Shown: one piece after another, positions 26,985 through 36,825 of the stretch
Position numbering within the stretch: the stretch's first letter is position 1
Layout: every line of letters begins with the position of its first letter
Assembly (NCBI GenBank): GCA_903839695.1
Contig: CAIMDI010000017.1
Span: forward strand, 1-51,887
From: Candidatus Tayloriibacteriota bacterium
GTDB taxonomy: Bacteria; Patescibacteriota; Minisyncoccia; Phycocordibacterales; PALSA-1337
Reading direction: 5' to 3'
DNA: 51,887 bases
Notes under the pieces: generated by a model
Database searches by the model: none
What the model was told of the DNA's origin: nothing
What the model saw: only the letters and a program-made list of their open reading frames with translations
Position numbers and translations under genes: made by a program

Positions 26985-28286
26985 ATGCGAAAATCTACAC
27001 TTACAATCATCATAATAATATCAGTAGCTGTTATAGCTGCAGGCATGTATTGGTTTTTCTTTTATAATAAAACTGTTACACCAGTAACACCTGTAGCTGG
27101 GGATCAAGGTTTTACTACAATTAACAGAAATCCACCTACATCAAAAGGCGCAACCTCCACCACAACCTCAACAACCACTACAGGTATTACAAAAACAAGC
27201 ACGACCACATCACAATACGGCACAAAGATGAGATTACCAAAACTTCGTCAATTAAGCACAACACCTGTTGCTGGTATGTTTGCAAGTACAACAAAAATAA
27301 AATCATCCGCATTGGCAAGCACAACAATAGACGAAACAATAGTTAGGTTTATTGATAGGGGTGCGGGACATATTTTTCAAGCAAATGATTTGAATTTAGA
27401 TATTGAAAAAATTTCAAATACCACTTTACCTAAAATATATGAAGGGTATTGGAATAAAAATCTCACGGCCATGGTGCTTAGATATCTAAAGGATGATACC
27501 GACTACGTTACAAATTTTTATGCTGAATTACGCAAACCTGCAACATCTACAAACCTTTCAACAACACAGTACGAAATTAAAGGTAAATATCTTTTACAGA
27601 GTATAGATCAGGTTGTTGTATCACCACTTGGAGATAAAATCTTTACTTGGAATATCGAGGGTGGAAATGGTGTTGGTTACTTGTCTTCATTTGATGATAA
27701 AAGTAAAGTAAAACTAATAGACACACCACTTACTCAAATGAATATTGATTGGCAAGATCCATTAAATGTTTCTATGACAACAAAAGGTTCTGGGCTATCG
27801 TCAGGATATTCTTATTTAGTAAATACAAAAACTGGCTCAATAACAAAATTTCTTAGTGGTATAAAAGGTTTATCAGCAAAATACAGCAAAGATTCAAAGA
27901 ATATCATATATTCTAGTGGTGGAAGCACAATAAAAACAAGTGTTTTGGGTACACAAAATTCTACATCTACAGAGGTTATTTTTGGTACCATTGTAGACAA
28001 ATGTGTATGGAGTTCATTAAGAAAAAATGAAGTTTATTGTGCTGTGCCAAATGAAATACCAGAGGGTCTATATCCTGATGATTGGTATAAAGGTAAAGTA
28101 TCCTTTGTAGACAAAATATGGCACCTCGATACAGTAACAGGAGAGGTGCACTTAATCGCCAATCTATCATTGCTTTCTAAAGATCTCATTGACGCAACAC
28201 AACTCACACTAGACCCTAAAGAGAATTATCTGTATTTCATAAACAAACAAGATCTTACACTTTGGTCTCTTGATTTAAATCAGTAA
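26985..28286 (+). CDS. membrane-anchored protein with Thr-rich linker and beta-propeller-like domain
   Basis: N-terminal TM, poly-Thr stalk, KCVW...YCAVP...PDDWY.G..SF.D motif. Confidence 0.7.
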   Translation: MRKSTLTIIIIISVAVIAAGMYWFFFYNKTVTPVTPVAGDQGFTTINRNPPTSKGATSTTTSTTTTGITKTSTTTSQYGTKMRLPKLRQLSTTPVAGMFASTTKIKSSALASTTIDETIVRFIDRGAGHIFQANDLNLDIEKISNTTLPKIYEGYWNKNLTAMVLRYLKDDTDYVTNFYAELRKPATSTNLSTTQYEIKGKYLLQSIDQVVVSPLGDKIFTWNIEGGNGVGYLSSFDDKSKVKLIDTPLTQMNIDWQDPLNVSMTTKGSGLSSGYSYLVNTKTGSITKFLSGIKGLSAKYSKDSKNIIYSSGGSTIKTSVLGTQNSTSTEVIFGTIVDKCVWSSLRKNEVYCAVPNEIPEGLYPDDWYKGKVSFVDKIWHLDTVTGEVHLIANLSLLSKDLIDATQLTLDPKENYLYFINKQDLTLWSLDLNQ

Positions 28287-28306
28287 TAGATTTCGATAAT
28301 AAGTTA

Positions 28307-29029
28307 TTATAGTGGTTGATGTTTACTAATATGTCTTCTTACAACAAGCTCTTGGGCTAGAGTAAATAGACTTCCAACTGTCCAATACAGTGCAACAACG
28401 GCTGCAATTTTGTATGTAAACATAAACACCATAACAGGGAGTACATATTTCATGCTTTTCATCATGTTTTGAGTCATATCTGCCTGTGGAGACGAAGATT
28501 TTTGATTACTACCTGCAGATGCAACAGAAAAATGTAATTGTACATACTGAGCGATAGAGGCAATAATGGCTAAATATATATTTGGTGATCCAACATCTAT
28601 AATACCCAAAAAGTGCATACTAATAGTTGGTACAGAAACAAAGCTGTAAAGTAAGGTTGTTTTTACTACTGGCAAACCAGACCTTATAAAAATAGAGTAC
28701 AGAGCAAAGATAATTGGTATTTGAATAAACAACATAAAGAAGCTTGAAAATGGATTTACTCCTCTTTCTTTATATAAAGCCATTATTTTTAAGGTCTGTT
28801 GTTGTTTGTCTGTAACAGTATTCTTTATTTTATTTAATTCTGGCTCTATTTCTTTCATTCTGACTTGAGTAACAATAGACTTTTTTGAAAGGGGGAAGAG
28901 TATAAGTCTAACAACTATAGTTAAGATAATAACCGCCATACCAGCGTCTACCCAAGGAAAAACATCCATCAAGTAAATAAGACTGTTATAAAGTGGGTTA
29001 AAGACAAAAACATTGTATAAATATGACAT
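28307..29029 (-). CDS. yidC: membrane protein insertase YidC
   Basis: AVIILTIVVRLIL.PL, ALYKE.GVNP, IQIPI, ALYW; synteny with rnpA and rpmH. Confidence 0.93.
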   Translation of the reverse strand: MSYLYNVFVFNPLYNSLIYLMDVFPWVDAGMAVIILTIVVRLILFPLSKKSIVTQVRMKEIEPELNKIKNTVTDKQQQTLKIMALYKERGVNPFSSFFMLFIQIPIIFALYSIFIRSGLPVVKTTLLYSFVSVPTISMHFLGIIDVGSPNIYLAIIASIAQYVQLHFSVASAGSNQKSSSPQADMTQNMMKSMKYVLPVMVFMFTYKIAAVVALYWTVGSLFTLAQELVVRRHISKHQPL

Positions 29030-29039
29030 ATACAATATT

Positions 29040-29375
29040 CTACTTTAAAAGACCACATTTAACAAAGGCATTTTCTATTTCTTTTTTCAATTCTATTTGC
29101 TTTAATTTCAAGGTTTCTGCTTTTACTACAATAACCACCTTTTGATTTGATATTATATTTGGAATCAAAGCCTCAATAATTGAATAAACTCTTCTTTTCG
29201 TCTTATTCCTTAAAACTGCAGTATTTGCAACCTTTTTTGAAATAGAAATAGCAAAACGACTATGTGTATCACTCATCGACTTACGTATAACAAAATAAGG
29301 TGAATGTGAAATTTCACCTTTTTTTATTATATCCTTAAACAGACGCACCGAAATCCTCTTTGAGCGAGGTAGCAT
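29040..29375 (-). CDS. rnpA: ribonuclease P protein component
   Basis: RFAISISKKVANTAVLRNKTKRR (RNR motif). Confidence 0.93.
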   Translation of the reverse strand: MLPRSKRISVRLFKDIIKKGEISHSPYFVIRKSMSDTHSRFAISISKKVANTAVLRNKTKRRVYSIIEALIPNIISNQKVVIVVKAETLKLKQIELKKEIENAFVKCGLLK

Positions 29376-29380
29376 ATGTG

Positions 29381-29515
29381 TTATACAGCTATTTTCTTGC
29401 GTCCTTTTGTTCGACGGCGTCTCAGAACGTTTCTTCCTGTAGAAGATTTTGAACGAACTAGGAAACCATGTGTCTTTGCTCTCTTTCTTTTCTTTGGTTG
29501 ATATGTAAATGACAT
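29381..29515 (-). CDS. rpmH: 50S ribosomal protein L34 (not in the ORF track)
   Basis: Manual translation [44 protein letters not shown]. Confidence 0.96.
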   Translation of the reverse strand: MSFTYQPKKRKRAKTHGFLVRSKSSTGRNVLRRRRTKGRKKIAV

Positions 29516-29572
29516 AGTTAGAATACTATACATCACGAGGAGAAAAAATTCAAGGACTCAAAGAAAAATTAC

Positions 29573-29648
29573 TATTCCACAGCTTATCAACATGTTTATC
29601 AAGGTTCCACAAGTTTGCTAATTTATAAACAGGTATATAATTGCTTGC
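29573..29648 (+). promoter_or_regulatory. dnaA promoter region with degenerate DnaA boxes
   Basis: TATTCCACA 29573, TTATCAACA 29584, GGTTCCACA 29603; TATAAT 7 nt before the ATG. Confidence 0.65.
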
Positions 29649-30995
29649 ATGAAAGATTATTCAGAATTATGGACACAAGCATTAACAGAAATAGAATTGG
29701 CGGTATCTAAAGCTAATTTCTCTACATGGTTCAATGATACATATATAGTCAAATCAGAAGAGGGGGTTATATTCCTTGGAGTACCAAATTCTTTTATACA
29801 ACAATGGTTATATAAGAAGTTTCACAACACAATTTTAAAATCATTAAGACAGTTAGATGAAAGTGTTAGGGCGTTGGAATACATAATCACAAAAGATTCA
29901 GACAAGAAGCGCTTGGTTGAGAAGAAGGTTCAACAAGTAAGCCCTACTATTTCTATGCCTCTTCATGATTTTTATATAGACAAAGATGACAACCTAAATC
30001 CTAGATATCTCTTTGATTCATTTGTTGTAGGGCCATTCAATGAACTTGCTCATGCAGCCTCAAAAGCTGTAGTAAAGAATCCTGGTTCAACATACAATCC
30101 ATTATTTATATATGGAAACACTGGATTAGGAAAAACCCATCTTATTCAAGCTATCGGTAATCATATAAAAAAAGATTTTCCTCAAAAGAAAGTTTTTTAT
30201 TTAACATCGGAACGTTTTGGTTCAGAATACTTTTCATCTTTGCAAACAAATAGCGCTCAGAAGTTTAAGGAGAAATATAGAAAATATGATGTTATTATCA
30301 TGGACGATGTTCAATTCTTTGCTAGTAAGGAGAAATTTCAAGAAGAGCTTTTTCACTTATTTGAAACTTTCTATCAATCAAATCGTCAATTGGTTTTTTC
30401 TTCTGATAAACATCCCAATTTCATACCAGGCCTTGAAAACAGACTAAAATCTCGTTTTGTTGCTGGAATGATTATAGATATACCAACCCCAGACCAAGAA
30501 TCAAAATTAGCCATAATTAGGGCTAAAAGCTTAAATAATAATATCGAATTAAACGAGGAAATACTTAATTTTCTTACCTTAAGTATTGAAAGTAATGTTA
30601 GAGAGATAGAGGGTACAATAAACGCAATCGCCTGCCAAACACAATTAAAAAATAGACCTTTATCTCTATTAGAAATTAAAAGTCTTATCAAAAACAATAC
30701 CAAACCTAAGAAAAATATTTCAGTTAAAGATGTTATTAAACTTATTACAGGATTTTATAATATTTCTGAAGATAGTATTTTTGATAAAACAAGAAAAAAA
30801 GAAGTTGTTAGGCCAAGGCAAATCATAATGTACATACTTCGTGAAGATTTTAATTTATCATTTCCTTCAATTGGAGAGAAGTTGGGTGGTAGGGATCATA
30901 CAACAGTTATTCATTCATGTGAAAAGGTTAAAGAGGATTTAAAAACAAATCCTATATTAATAGGGGAGATATCACAAATAAGAGCTATGTTATAA
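29649..30995 (+). CDS. dnaA: chromosomal replication initiator DnaA
   Basis: YNPLFIYGNTGLGKTHL, MDDVQF, RLKSRF, GGRDHTTVIH. Confidence 0.98.
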   Translation: MKDYSELWTQALTEIELAVSKANFSTWFNDTYIVKSEEGVIFLGVPNSFIQQWLYKKFHNTILKSLRQLDESVRALEYIITKDSDKKRLVEKKVQQVSPTISMPLHDFYIDKDDNLNPRYLFDSFVVGPFNELAHAASKAVVKNPGSTYNPLFIYGNTGLGKTHLIQAIGNHIKKDFPQKKVFYLTSERFGSEYFSSLQTNSAQKFKEKYRKYDVIIMDDVQFFASKEKFQEELFHLFETFYQSNRQLVFSSDKHPNFIPGLENRLKSRFVAGMIIDIPTPDQESKLAIIRAKSLNNNIELNEEILNFLTLSIESNVREIEGTINAIACQTQLKNRPLSLLEIKSLIKNNTKPKKNISVKDVIKLITGFYNISEDSIFDKTRKKEVVRPRQIIMYILREDFNLSFPSIGEKLGGRDHTTVIHSCEKVKEDLKTNPILIGEISQIRAML

Positions 30996-31233
30996 AACTG
31001 TTAATAATTGTGGGAAAACTGTGAAGAAAATTGTTTATCCTGTTAATAAAAAACACTAAAACAAAACAAATTAACAAAAAATTTAAATTAAAAAATACTT
31101 ATTAAATACTATGAGAATTTTATCCACAAAATCACATCAAATAATAAGCCTTAATATAAGGATATAAAATAGTTATCACCATATCCACAGGACTAATAGT
31201 AATAATAAATTATTTATATAATAATCAAACAAA
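30996..31233. other. probable replication origin oriC (dnaA-dnaN intergenic)
   Basis: DnaA boxes at 30999, 31009, 31020, 31041 (reverse), 31120 (perfect TTATCCACA), tandem 31173/31181 followed by trio-like CTA ATA GTA ATA ATA and an AT-rich tract. Confidence 0.8.
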
Positions 31234-32340
31234 ATGAAAATTGAATGTGTACAAGAAAAAATAAAAGAAGCAGTAGGGTTAGCTGAAAGGGTAGCTGGCA
31301 AGCATATGACTCTTCCAGTACTTTCTTGTTTACTTTTAGATGCAACATCAAAAAATAATTTAATAATAAAATCAACAAATCTTGATTTGGGTATTGAAAT
31401 TTCTATACCAGCAAAAATAGACGAGGTTGGTATGGTTGCAGTTCCATCACAAATACTAAAATCTTTTATTGAAAGCGTCACAGCTGAAGATAAAAGTATA
31501 AAACTAGTAACTGATCAAAATAATTTAAAAGTAGTCACTGCGCGCAGTTCTGGGTCAATCAAGACTATAATAGCTGACGACTTCCCAAGTATTCCTAGAA
31601 TCACAGATGGTAATAAATTCTATTTAAATGGAAGTGATTTTGCTAGAGGATTGAAATCGGTTTGGTATAGTTCATCTGTTTCTAGTATTAAACCTGAGCT
31701 TTCAAGTGTTTATGTGTATTGCGACGGTGATTTTGTTGTTTTTGTTGCTACAGATGCATTTAGATTGGCCGAAAAAAGAATAAAAATTAAAAAAACAAAA
31801 GATTTTGGACAAATACTTATTCCTTTTAAGAATGTTCCTGAAATTATAAGGATACTAGAGAATATAAATGATGAAATTGAAGTTAATTTAGATAAAAACC
31901 AAATTTCCTTTACCTATAAAGGTATATTTCTTGTTTCTAGAGTAGTAGATGGTGTTTTTCCTGATTATAAACAGATTATCCCCAAGAGTAGTAGTACAGA
32001 AGTTATTGTTCTTAAACAAGACTTATTAAACGCACTTAAAATATCAAATATATTTTCTGATAAATTTAATCAAATTAATTTTAAAATAAATCCAAGTGGT
32101 AAGATTTGTGAAATAAAAACGAAAAATAATGATGTTGGGGAAAACAATACGAGTTTAGACTCCACGATAACAGGGGAGCCAATAGAGATAAATTTTAATT
32201 ATAAATATATAGTTGATTGTTTTCAGTCTATAGAATCCGATAGTCTTACTATTTACTTCAATGGAATGACTAAACCTATGATTATTTCTCCTATTTCAGA
32301 CAGCACATTTAGATATTTAGTTATGCCAATGAATAAATAA
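31234..32340 (+). CDS. dnaN: DNA polymerase III beta clamp
   Basis: LPVLS, STNLD, ATDAFRLAE, G.FPDY, YLVMPM. Confidence 0.97.
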   Translation: MKIECVQEKIKEAVGLAERVAGKHMTLPVLSCLLLDATSKNNLIIKSTNLDLGIEISIPAKIDEVGMVAVPSQILKSFIESVTAEDKSIKLVTDQNNLKVVTARSSGSIKTIIADDFPSIPRITDGNKFYLNGSDFARGLKSVWYSSSVSSIKPELSSVYVYCDGDFVVFVATDAFRLAEKRIKIKKTKDFGQILIPFKNVPEIIRILENINDEIEVNLDKNQISFTYKGIFLVSRVVDGVFPDYKQIIPKSSSTEVIVLKQDLLNALKISNIFSDKFNQINFKINPSGKICEIKTKNNDVGENNTSLDSTITGEPIEINFNYKYIVDCFQSIESDSLTIYFNGMTKPMIISPISDSTFRYLVMPMNK

Positions 32341-32342
32341 TT

Positions 32343-32591
32343 ATGAAAGGAATAGGAAATTTACTAGATAAATTCAAATCCATTGCCGTTCAAGAAATAA
32401 ATAAAAGAGTTTTTATTGTAGAAATAATAAAAAATAAAATTGGCGTTGATATAAAAATGGAGGACATTTCTATTAAAGACGGAATTGTGAGTATTAAAGT
32501 AAAATCAATAGTTAAAAATCAGATTTTTATAAAAAAACAGGCCTTAATTAAGGAAATATCTAAAAAGATTAATATAATTGATATTAATTAA
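32343..32591 (+). CDS. small protein, possibly DciA/DUF721-like
   Basis: 82 aa directly after dnaN; pattern resembles the KH-like DciA domain (inference). Confidence 0.5.
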   Translation: MKGIGNLLDKFKSIAVQEINKRVFIVEIIKNKIGVDIKMEDISIKDGIVSIKVKSIVKNQIFIKKQALIKEISKKINIIDIN

Positions 32592-32607
32592 GTATTTTGT
32601 ATAAATT

Positions 32608-35154
32608 TTATTGAGAAATCATTATATCAACAGAAGCTTCTGTTCTATTGTAAACAGAGTCATAGGATATTATTTTTATAGAATTTCTATTTGGAAGAAT
32701 GTCACCAATATCAGTAGGTATAAAGCTTAAAGACGAAGGATCTCTTTCATTAGACAATACATATTTATTATTAATATATAATTCAGATTTTTTTAAAGGA
32801 TATTTTCCTGTGTATTCAAGTTTTATGGTTAATCTAGAATTAATACTTACAGATTCATCTTGAATAGGGGACTTTATGGATATTTTAGGCATATTTGCCT
32901 CTACGTGAATATCATCAGTTTCTTTTGGTATGGTATAAGTTGTTGTTTCTTTAAAATTAGGATTATTTTTTTGCCATTCATCAAACCATTTTCTAACACC
33001 ATATTCCCAGTATTCAAATTGACCTTCTTTTTTAGGATCAGATGGAATATCTCCAGTAGGATTGTCTTTATCTACCCAATTTAATATTGTGTGAACACTA
33101 GGAAATACAACTTCTTCTGTGGTTTGTTGAGGTGTAAGGTTTGTAGCAACTTTTTTTGATATAGAATCAATTTTATAAGAAACACCACCTTTCCATATTC
33201 CACGTAGCACAGGTTTTGTGTCAATATTTATTGGATCTGGTTTTTTGAATGATTCTTTTGGAAACATATCATTGATTTCTGTCATAAATGCACCCCATAC
33301 AGGAACAATTACTAGTCCGGCAACCTTTTTTATCATGGGTGTATTGTCGTTTTTACCAGCCCAAGCACCAACTACAATATTTGGTGTATAGCCTTCAACC
33401 CATACATCTCTATAGTCATTTGTTGTTCCTGTTTTTATTGCCACCTGCCTACCAAGACCGTTTATTATAGGGTTAAGGCTAGAGGTTCTTACAGAAGGAT
33501 CAGATAAAATGTCAGAAATTTGTCTTACTGGTTGTGGTGGAATAACCTGAACAGGGTTTATTGTTGGTTCTTCCAAAACAACACCTTTTGAATCTTCAAT
33601 TCTTAAAATAGAACGATAAGGATTTCTTATTCCATCATTTGCAAAAACACCATAAGCACTAGTTAAATCTAATAATGAAACCTCTCCACCCCCGAGAACA
33701 AGTGTTAAACCGTATTTATTGGGATCCTTAAGGCTGGTAATACCCATAGCTTCAGCGGTATTCATGGCTTCTTTTATCCCTACAAGATATAGTGCTTTAA
33801 CAGCTGGAATATTCCTAGATCTAGCTAGGGCCATTCTAATACTCTCCGGACCTTCATATAAACCATCAAAATCCTCGGGAGAATAACAAACCTTTTCCGG
33901 ATTAGCTTTTGGATCTTTGGGTTTACCCTCAACAGTGCAATTTGTTGAAAATTCGGTTTTTGTATCGAATAAAACAGTTTCAGGATTATATCCTTTCATA
34001 AAAGCAGTGGCATAGACGAATGGTTTGAATGTTGATCCTGGTTGTCTATATGCTGTTGAAATGTTGAAATTACCTTGAATTTTTTTATCAAAATAATCTC
34101 TTGATCCGACCATTGTTAATATATCACCAGTTTTAGGGTCAATAGCTATCATTGCTGTATTACTAGCGTTAAATGAAGATTCAAGTGTAGGAGCAAAGTT
34201 TGTTATTACCTTTTCTGCTTTTTCTTGCATTCTGTAATCGAGAGTTGTTATAACTTTTAGACCACCTTCTTCTACAACCGCTTCACCATATTTGCTTACT
34301 AAATAATCTTTCACATATAAGGAAAAATGGGGAGCCCTTATTCCTGTTGTGTTTTTCTCCAAAAAGACAACTTCCTGTTTTAATGCTGCCTGATACTCGT
34401 CCTCATTTATAAAGTTGTTTTCTTTCATCTTTAATAACACAAGTTTTTGTCTGGCATCTAGAGAGTTTTTGTTTTTTCCATATGGTGAGTAAAAGGTTGG
34501 GGCTTGAGGTATAGCACCGAGATATGCCGCCTCAGCCAAAGTTACATCTTTTGCAGATTTTCCAAAAAAAGTTTTACTAGCTTCTTCAACTCCGTAAACA
34601 CTTCCACCATATGGAGTATCGTTTAAATAGGTATCTAATATTTGATCTTTTGTAAGTACCTTTTCTAGTTTAATAGCCAAAACCCATTCTTTAAGTTTTC
34701 TTGTTATGGTTTGGTCTTTTGTAAGAATTGAGTTTTTTATTACTTGCTGAGTTATAGTCGAACCTCCTTGTTTTGGTCCTGATCCAGGTGTTATGTCGGC
34801 AAGAATCGCGCGAAATATTGCTGTTGGTTTTATTCCGATATGCTGATAAAACTCATTATCTTCTATTGCTATTGTTGCATTCTTAATGTCTTTAGAAATA
34901 TCATCAAAAGCAATAATCGTTCTTTTTGTGTCATTGTGAATATTATATAAAAGTATTTGTCCTGTTCTGTCAAAAATTTTTGTTGATTGAGATACCTTTC
35001 TGGCTTCAAATGCGCTTAAGTCTGGTATTTGTAGGGAAGAAAACCATAATATAGCGATACCAGAACAAAGAAAAAACCCTGAAAACATAACAAGCACAAA
35101 TATTTTTGTTAGTTTACCAAATGATGTGTTAAAAAATTTTCTTCTTTTTGGCAT
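32608..35154 (-). CDS. class A penicillin-binding protein (transglycosylase-transpeptidase)
   Basis: ED..FY.H.G, GGSTITQQ, RKLKE; STFK (SxxK), SRN, KTGT. Confidence 0.93.
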   Translation of the reverse strand: MPKRRKFFNTSFGKLTKIFVLVMFSGFFLCSGIAILWFSSLQIPDLSAFEARKVSQSTKIFDRTGQILLYNIHNDTKRTIIAFDDISKDIKNATIAIEDNEFYQHIGIKPTAIFRAILADITPGSGPKQGGSTITQQVIKNSILTKDQTITRKLKEWVLAIKLEKVLTKDQILDTYLNDTPYGGSVYGVEEASKTFFGKSAKDVTLAEAAYLGAIPQAPTFYSPYGKNKNSLDARQKLVLLKMKENNFINEDEYQAALKQEVVFLEKNTTGIRAPHFSLYVKDYLVSKYGEAVVEEGGLKVITTLDYRMQEKAEKVITNFAPTLESSFNASNTAMIAIDPKTGDILTMVGSRDYFDKKIQGNFNISTAYRQPGSTFKPFVYATAFMKGYNPETVLFDTKTEFSTNCTVEGKPKDPKANPEKVCYSPEDFDGLYEGPESIRMALARSRNIPAVKALYLVGIKEAMNTAEAMGITSLKDPNKYGLTLVLGGGEVSLLDLTSAYGVFANDGIRNPYRSILRIEDSKGVVLEEPTINPVQVIPPQPVRQISDILSDPSVRTSSLNPIINGLGRQVAIKTGTTNDYRDVWVEGYTPNIVVGAWAGKNDNTPMIKKVAGLVIVPVWGAFMTEINDMFPKESFKKPDPINIDTKPVLRGIWKGGVSYKIDSISKKVATNLTPQQTTEEVVFPSVHTILNWVDKDNPTGDIPSDPKKEGQFEYWEYGVRKWFDEWQKNNPNFKETTTYTIPKETDDIHVEANMPKISIKSPIQDESVSINSRLTIKLEYTGKYPLKKSELYINNKYVLSNERDPSSLSFIPTDIGDILPNRNSIKIISYDSVYNRTEASVDIMISQ

Positions 35155-35210
35155 TTAGAAATTTTATCATAAATATGTTACATTACATAGTAATAGATCA
35201 TATAAATTCA

Positions 35211-36437
35211 ATGAATAATTTAAATAATATACAAATGAATACAAATGAGGCAGACATAGAAAAAGTGCTTTCTCGCGGAATAGAGGCTCTTTTTCCAAAT
35301 AAAGATTTTTTAAAAAGTAAAATGATCAAGGGCGAAAGACTAACCCTTTATTTGGGGGTTGATCCTACAGGTCCAACGCTTCACCTTGGTCATGCTATAC
35401 CATTAAAGAAGTTAGGTGAATTTCAAAAACTCGGTCATCAAATCATATTATTGATAGGGGATTTTACTGCAATGATAGGAGATCCTTCAGATAAAACAGC
35501 AGCAAGAAAAAAACTTACTAGGGATCAAGTATTAGAAAATTGTAAAGAATATAAAAAACAAGTATCACCTTTTATTTCCTTCGAAGGATCAAACCCAGCA
35601 TTATTAAAATTTAATTCTGAATGGTTGTCTAAAATGAATTTTGGAGATGTTTTAGAACTTGCTTCACTTATGACTGTTGATCAAATGTTAAAAAGAGATA
35701 TGTTTGCGCGTCGTATTGAAGAGGGGAGGCCTATTTATATTCATGAATTTATGTATCCCTTAATGCAAGGCTATGACTCTGTTGCTATGAATGTAGACGG
35801 AGAAATAGGTGGAAATGACCAAACGTTTAACATGCTTACTGGCCGAGACCTTATAAAAACATTAAAAGGTAAAGAAAAATTTGTCGTTACAACAAAACTT
35901 CTCACAGACTCTTCTGGTAAAAAAATGGGAAAAACAGAGGGTAATATGGTAAGTTTAAATCAATCACCAGAAGATATTTTTGGAAAGATCATGAGTTGGT
36001 CAGATGAACTTATTTTGCCTGGACTTGAAATAGCAACATCGATACCCAATGAGGACATAGAGTCTATCAAAAAAATGCTTGAGTCCGGATCAAATCCAAA
36101 GGATTATAAAATGATACTAGCAAAAGAAATTGTTACCATGATACATGGAGCAGATTCTGCCGAAGTTGCACAAAAATCTTTTGAAAATACTTTTTCAAAA
36201 GGTGAAATACCAGAAGATATAAAAGAAATAGAAGCTAGTTCGGGTTCTTTGCTTAGAGATTTGTTGGTAAAGGGTGGTATTGTAAGTTCAAATGCTGATT
36301 GGAAAAGGTTGGTGGAGGGCAATGCTATATCATTTTTGGAAAAAGATGAAACAGTTTCCGATATACTTATTAAAATAGAGAAAGACTGCACAGTACGTGT
36401 TGGTAAAAAGAGATTTGCTAAAATAAAGATTAAGTAA
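35211..36437 (+). CDS. tyrS: tyrosine--tRNA ligase
   Basis: GVDPTGPTLHLGH, YPLMQGYD, GGNDQ, KMGKT; C-terminal S4-like domain; exact start uncertain. Confidence 0.96.
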   Translation: MNNLNNIQMNTNEADIEKVLSRGIEALFPNKDFLKSKMIKGERLTLYLGVDPTGPTLHLGHAIPLKKLGEFQKLGHQIILLIGDFTAMIGDPSDKTAARKKLTRDQVLENCKEYKKQVSPFISFEGSNPALLKFNSEWLSKMNFGDVLELASLMTVDQMLKRDMFARRIEEGRPIYIHEFMYPLMQGYDSVAMNVDGEIGGNDQTFNMLTGRDLIKTLKGKEKFVVTTKLLTDSSGKKMGKTEGNMVSLNQSPEDIFGKIMSWSDELILPGLEIATSIPNEDIESIKKMLESGSNPKDYKMILAKEIVTMIHGADSAEVAQKSFENTFSKGEIPEDIKEIEASSGSLLRDLLVKGGIVSSNADWKRLVEGNAISFLEKDETVSDILIKIEKDCTVRVGKKRFAKIKIK

Positions 36438-36505
36438 AATAAACAAACAAAATCAATTTAACTGGTTTGAAATATCTTGTATTTAAAACCAATGTCGGGT
36501 ATTTA

Positions 36506-36733
36506 TTATTGCTCCCACTTGTCTTTAAAAGGATCAACTTCGTCGTCATCAAGTATTCCTGATTCCTCGTCTTCATCCTCTTCGTCAATTTCTTCGATTA
36601 AGACAATAGCCTCGTCTTCTAATAGTAAATCTGGGTCAAGGATTTTTTCTGTTTCTTTTTCTTCACCAACTACGGCCTTTTTTTTACCAACCTTTTTTTC
36701 TTCTGTTTTTGCTTTAACTTTTGCTTTTGGCAT
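36506..36733 (-). CDS. small protein with basic N-terminus and acidic C-terminus
   Basis: 75 aa; Lys-rich then Asp/Glu-rich, ends DPFKDKWEQ. Confidence 0.7.
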   Translation of the reverse strand: MPKAKVKAKTEEKKVGKKKAVVGEEKETEKILDPDLLLEDEAIVLIEEIDEEDEDEESGILDDDEVDPFKDKWEQ

Positions 36734-36825
36734 ATTTTTTATTTAATTTATTAAATAATCTTTAGGATTTCATATTTGTAACAAAACTAATTAACTTTTG
36801 CAAATTATTGAGGCTGTGGAAAACT

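Noticed and set aside
27136-27211. ACA/ACC-rich repeat-like tract
   Set aside because: It simply encodes a Thr-rich linker in the 26985 gene.
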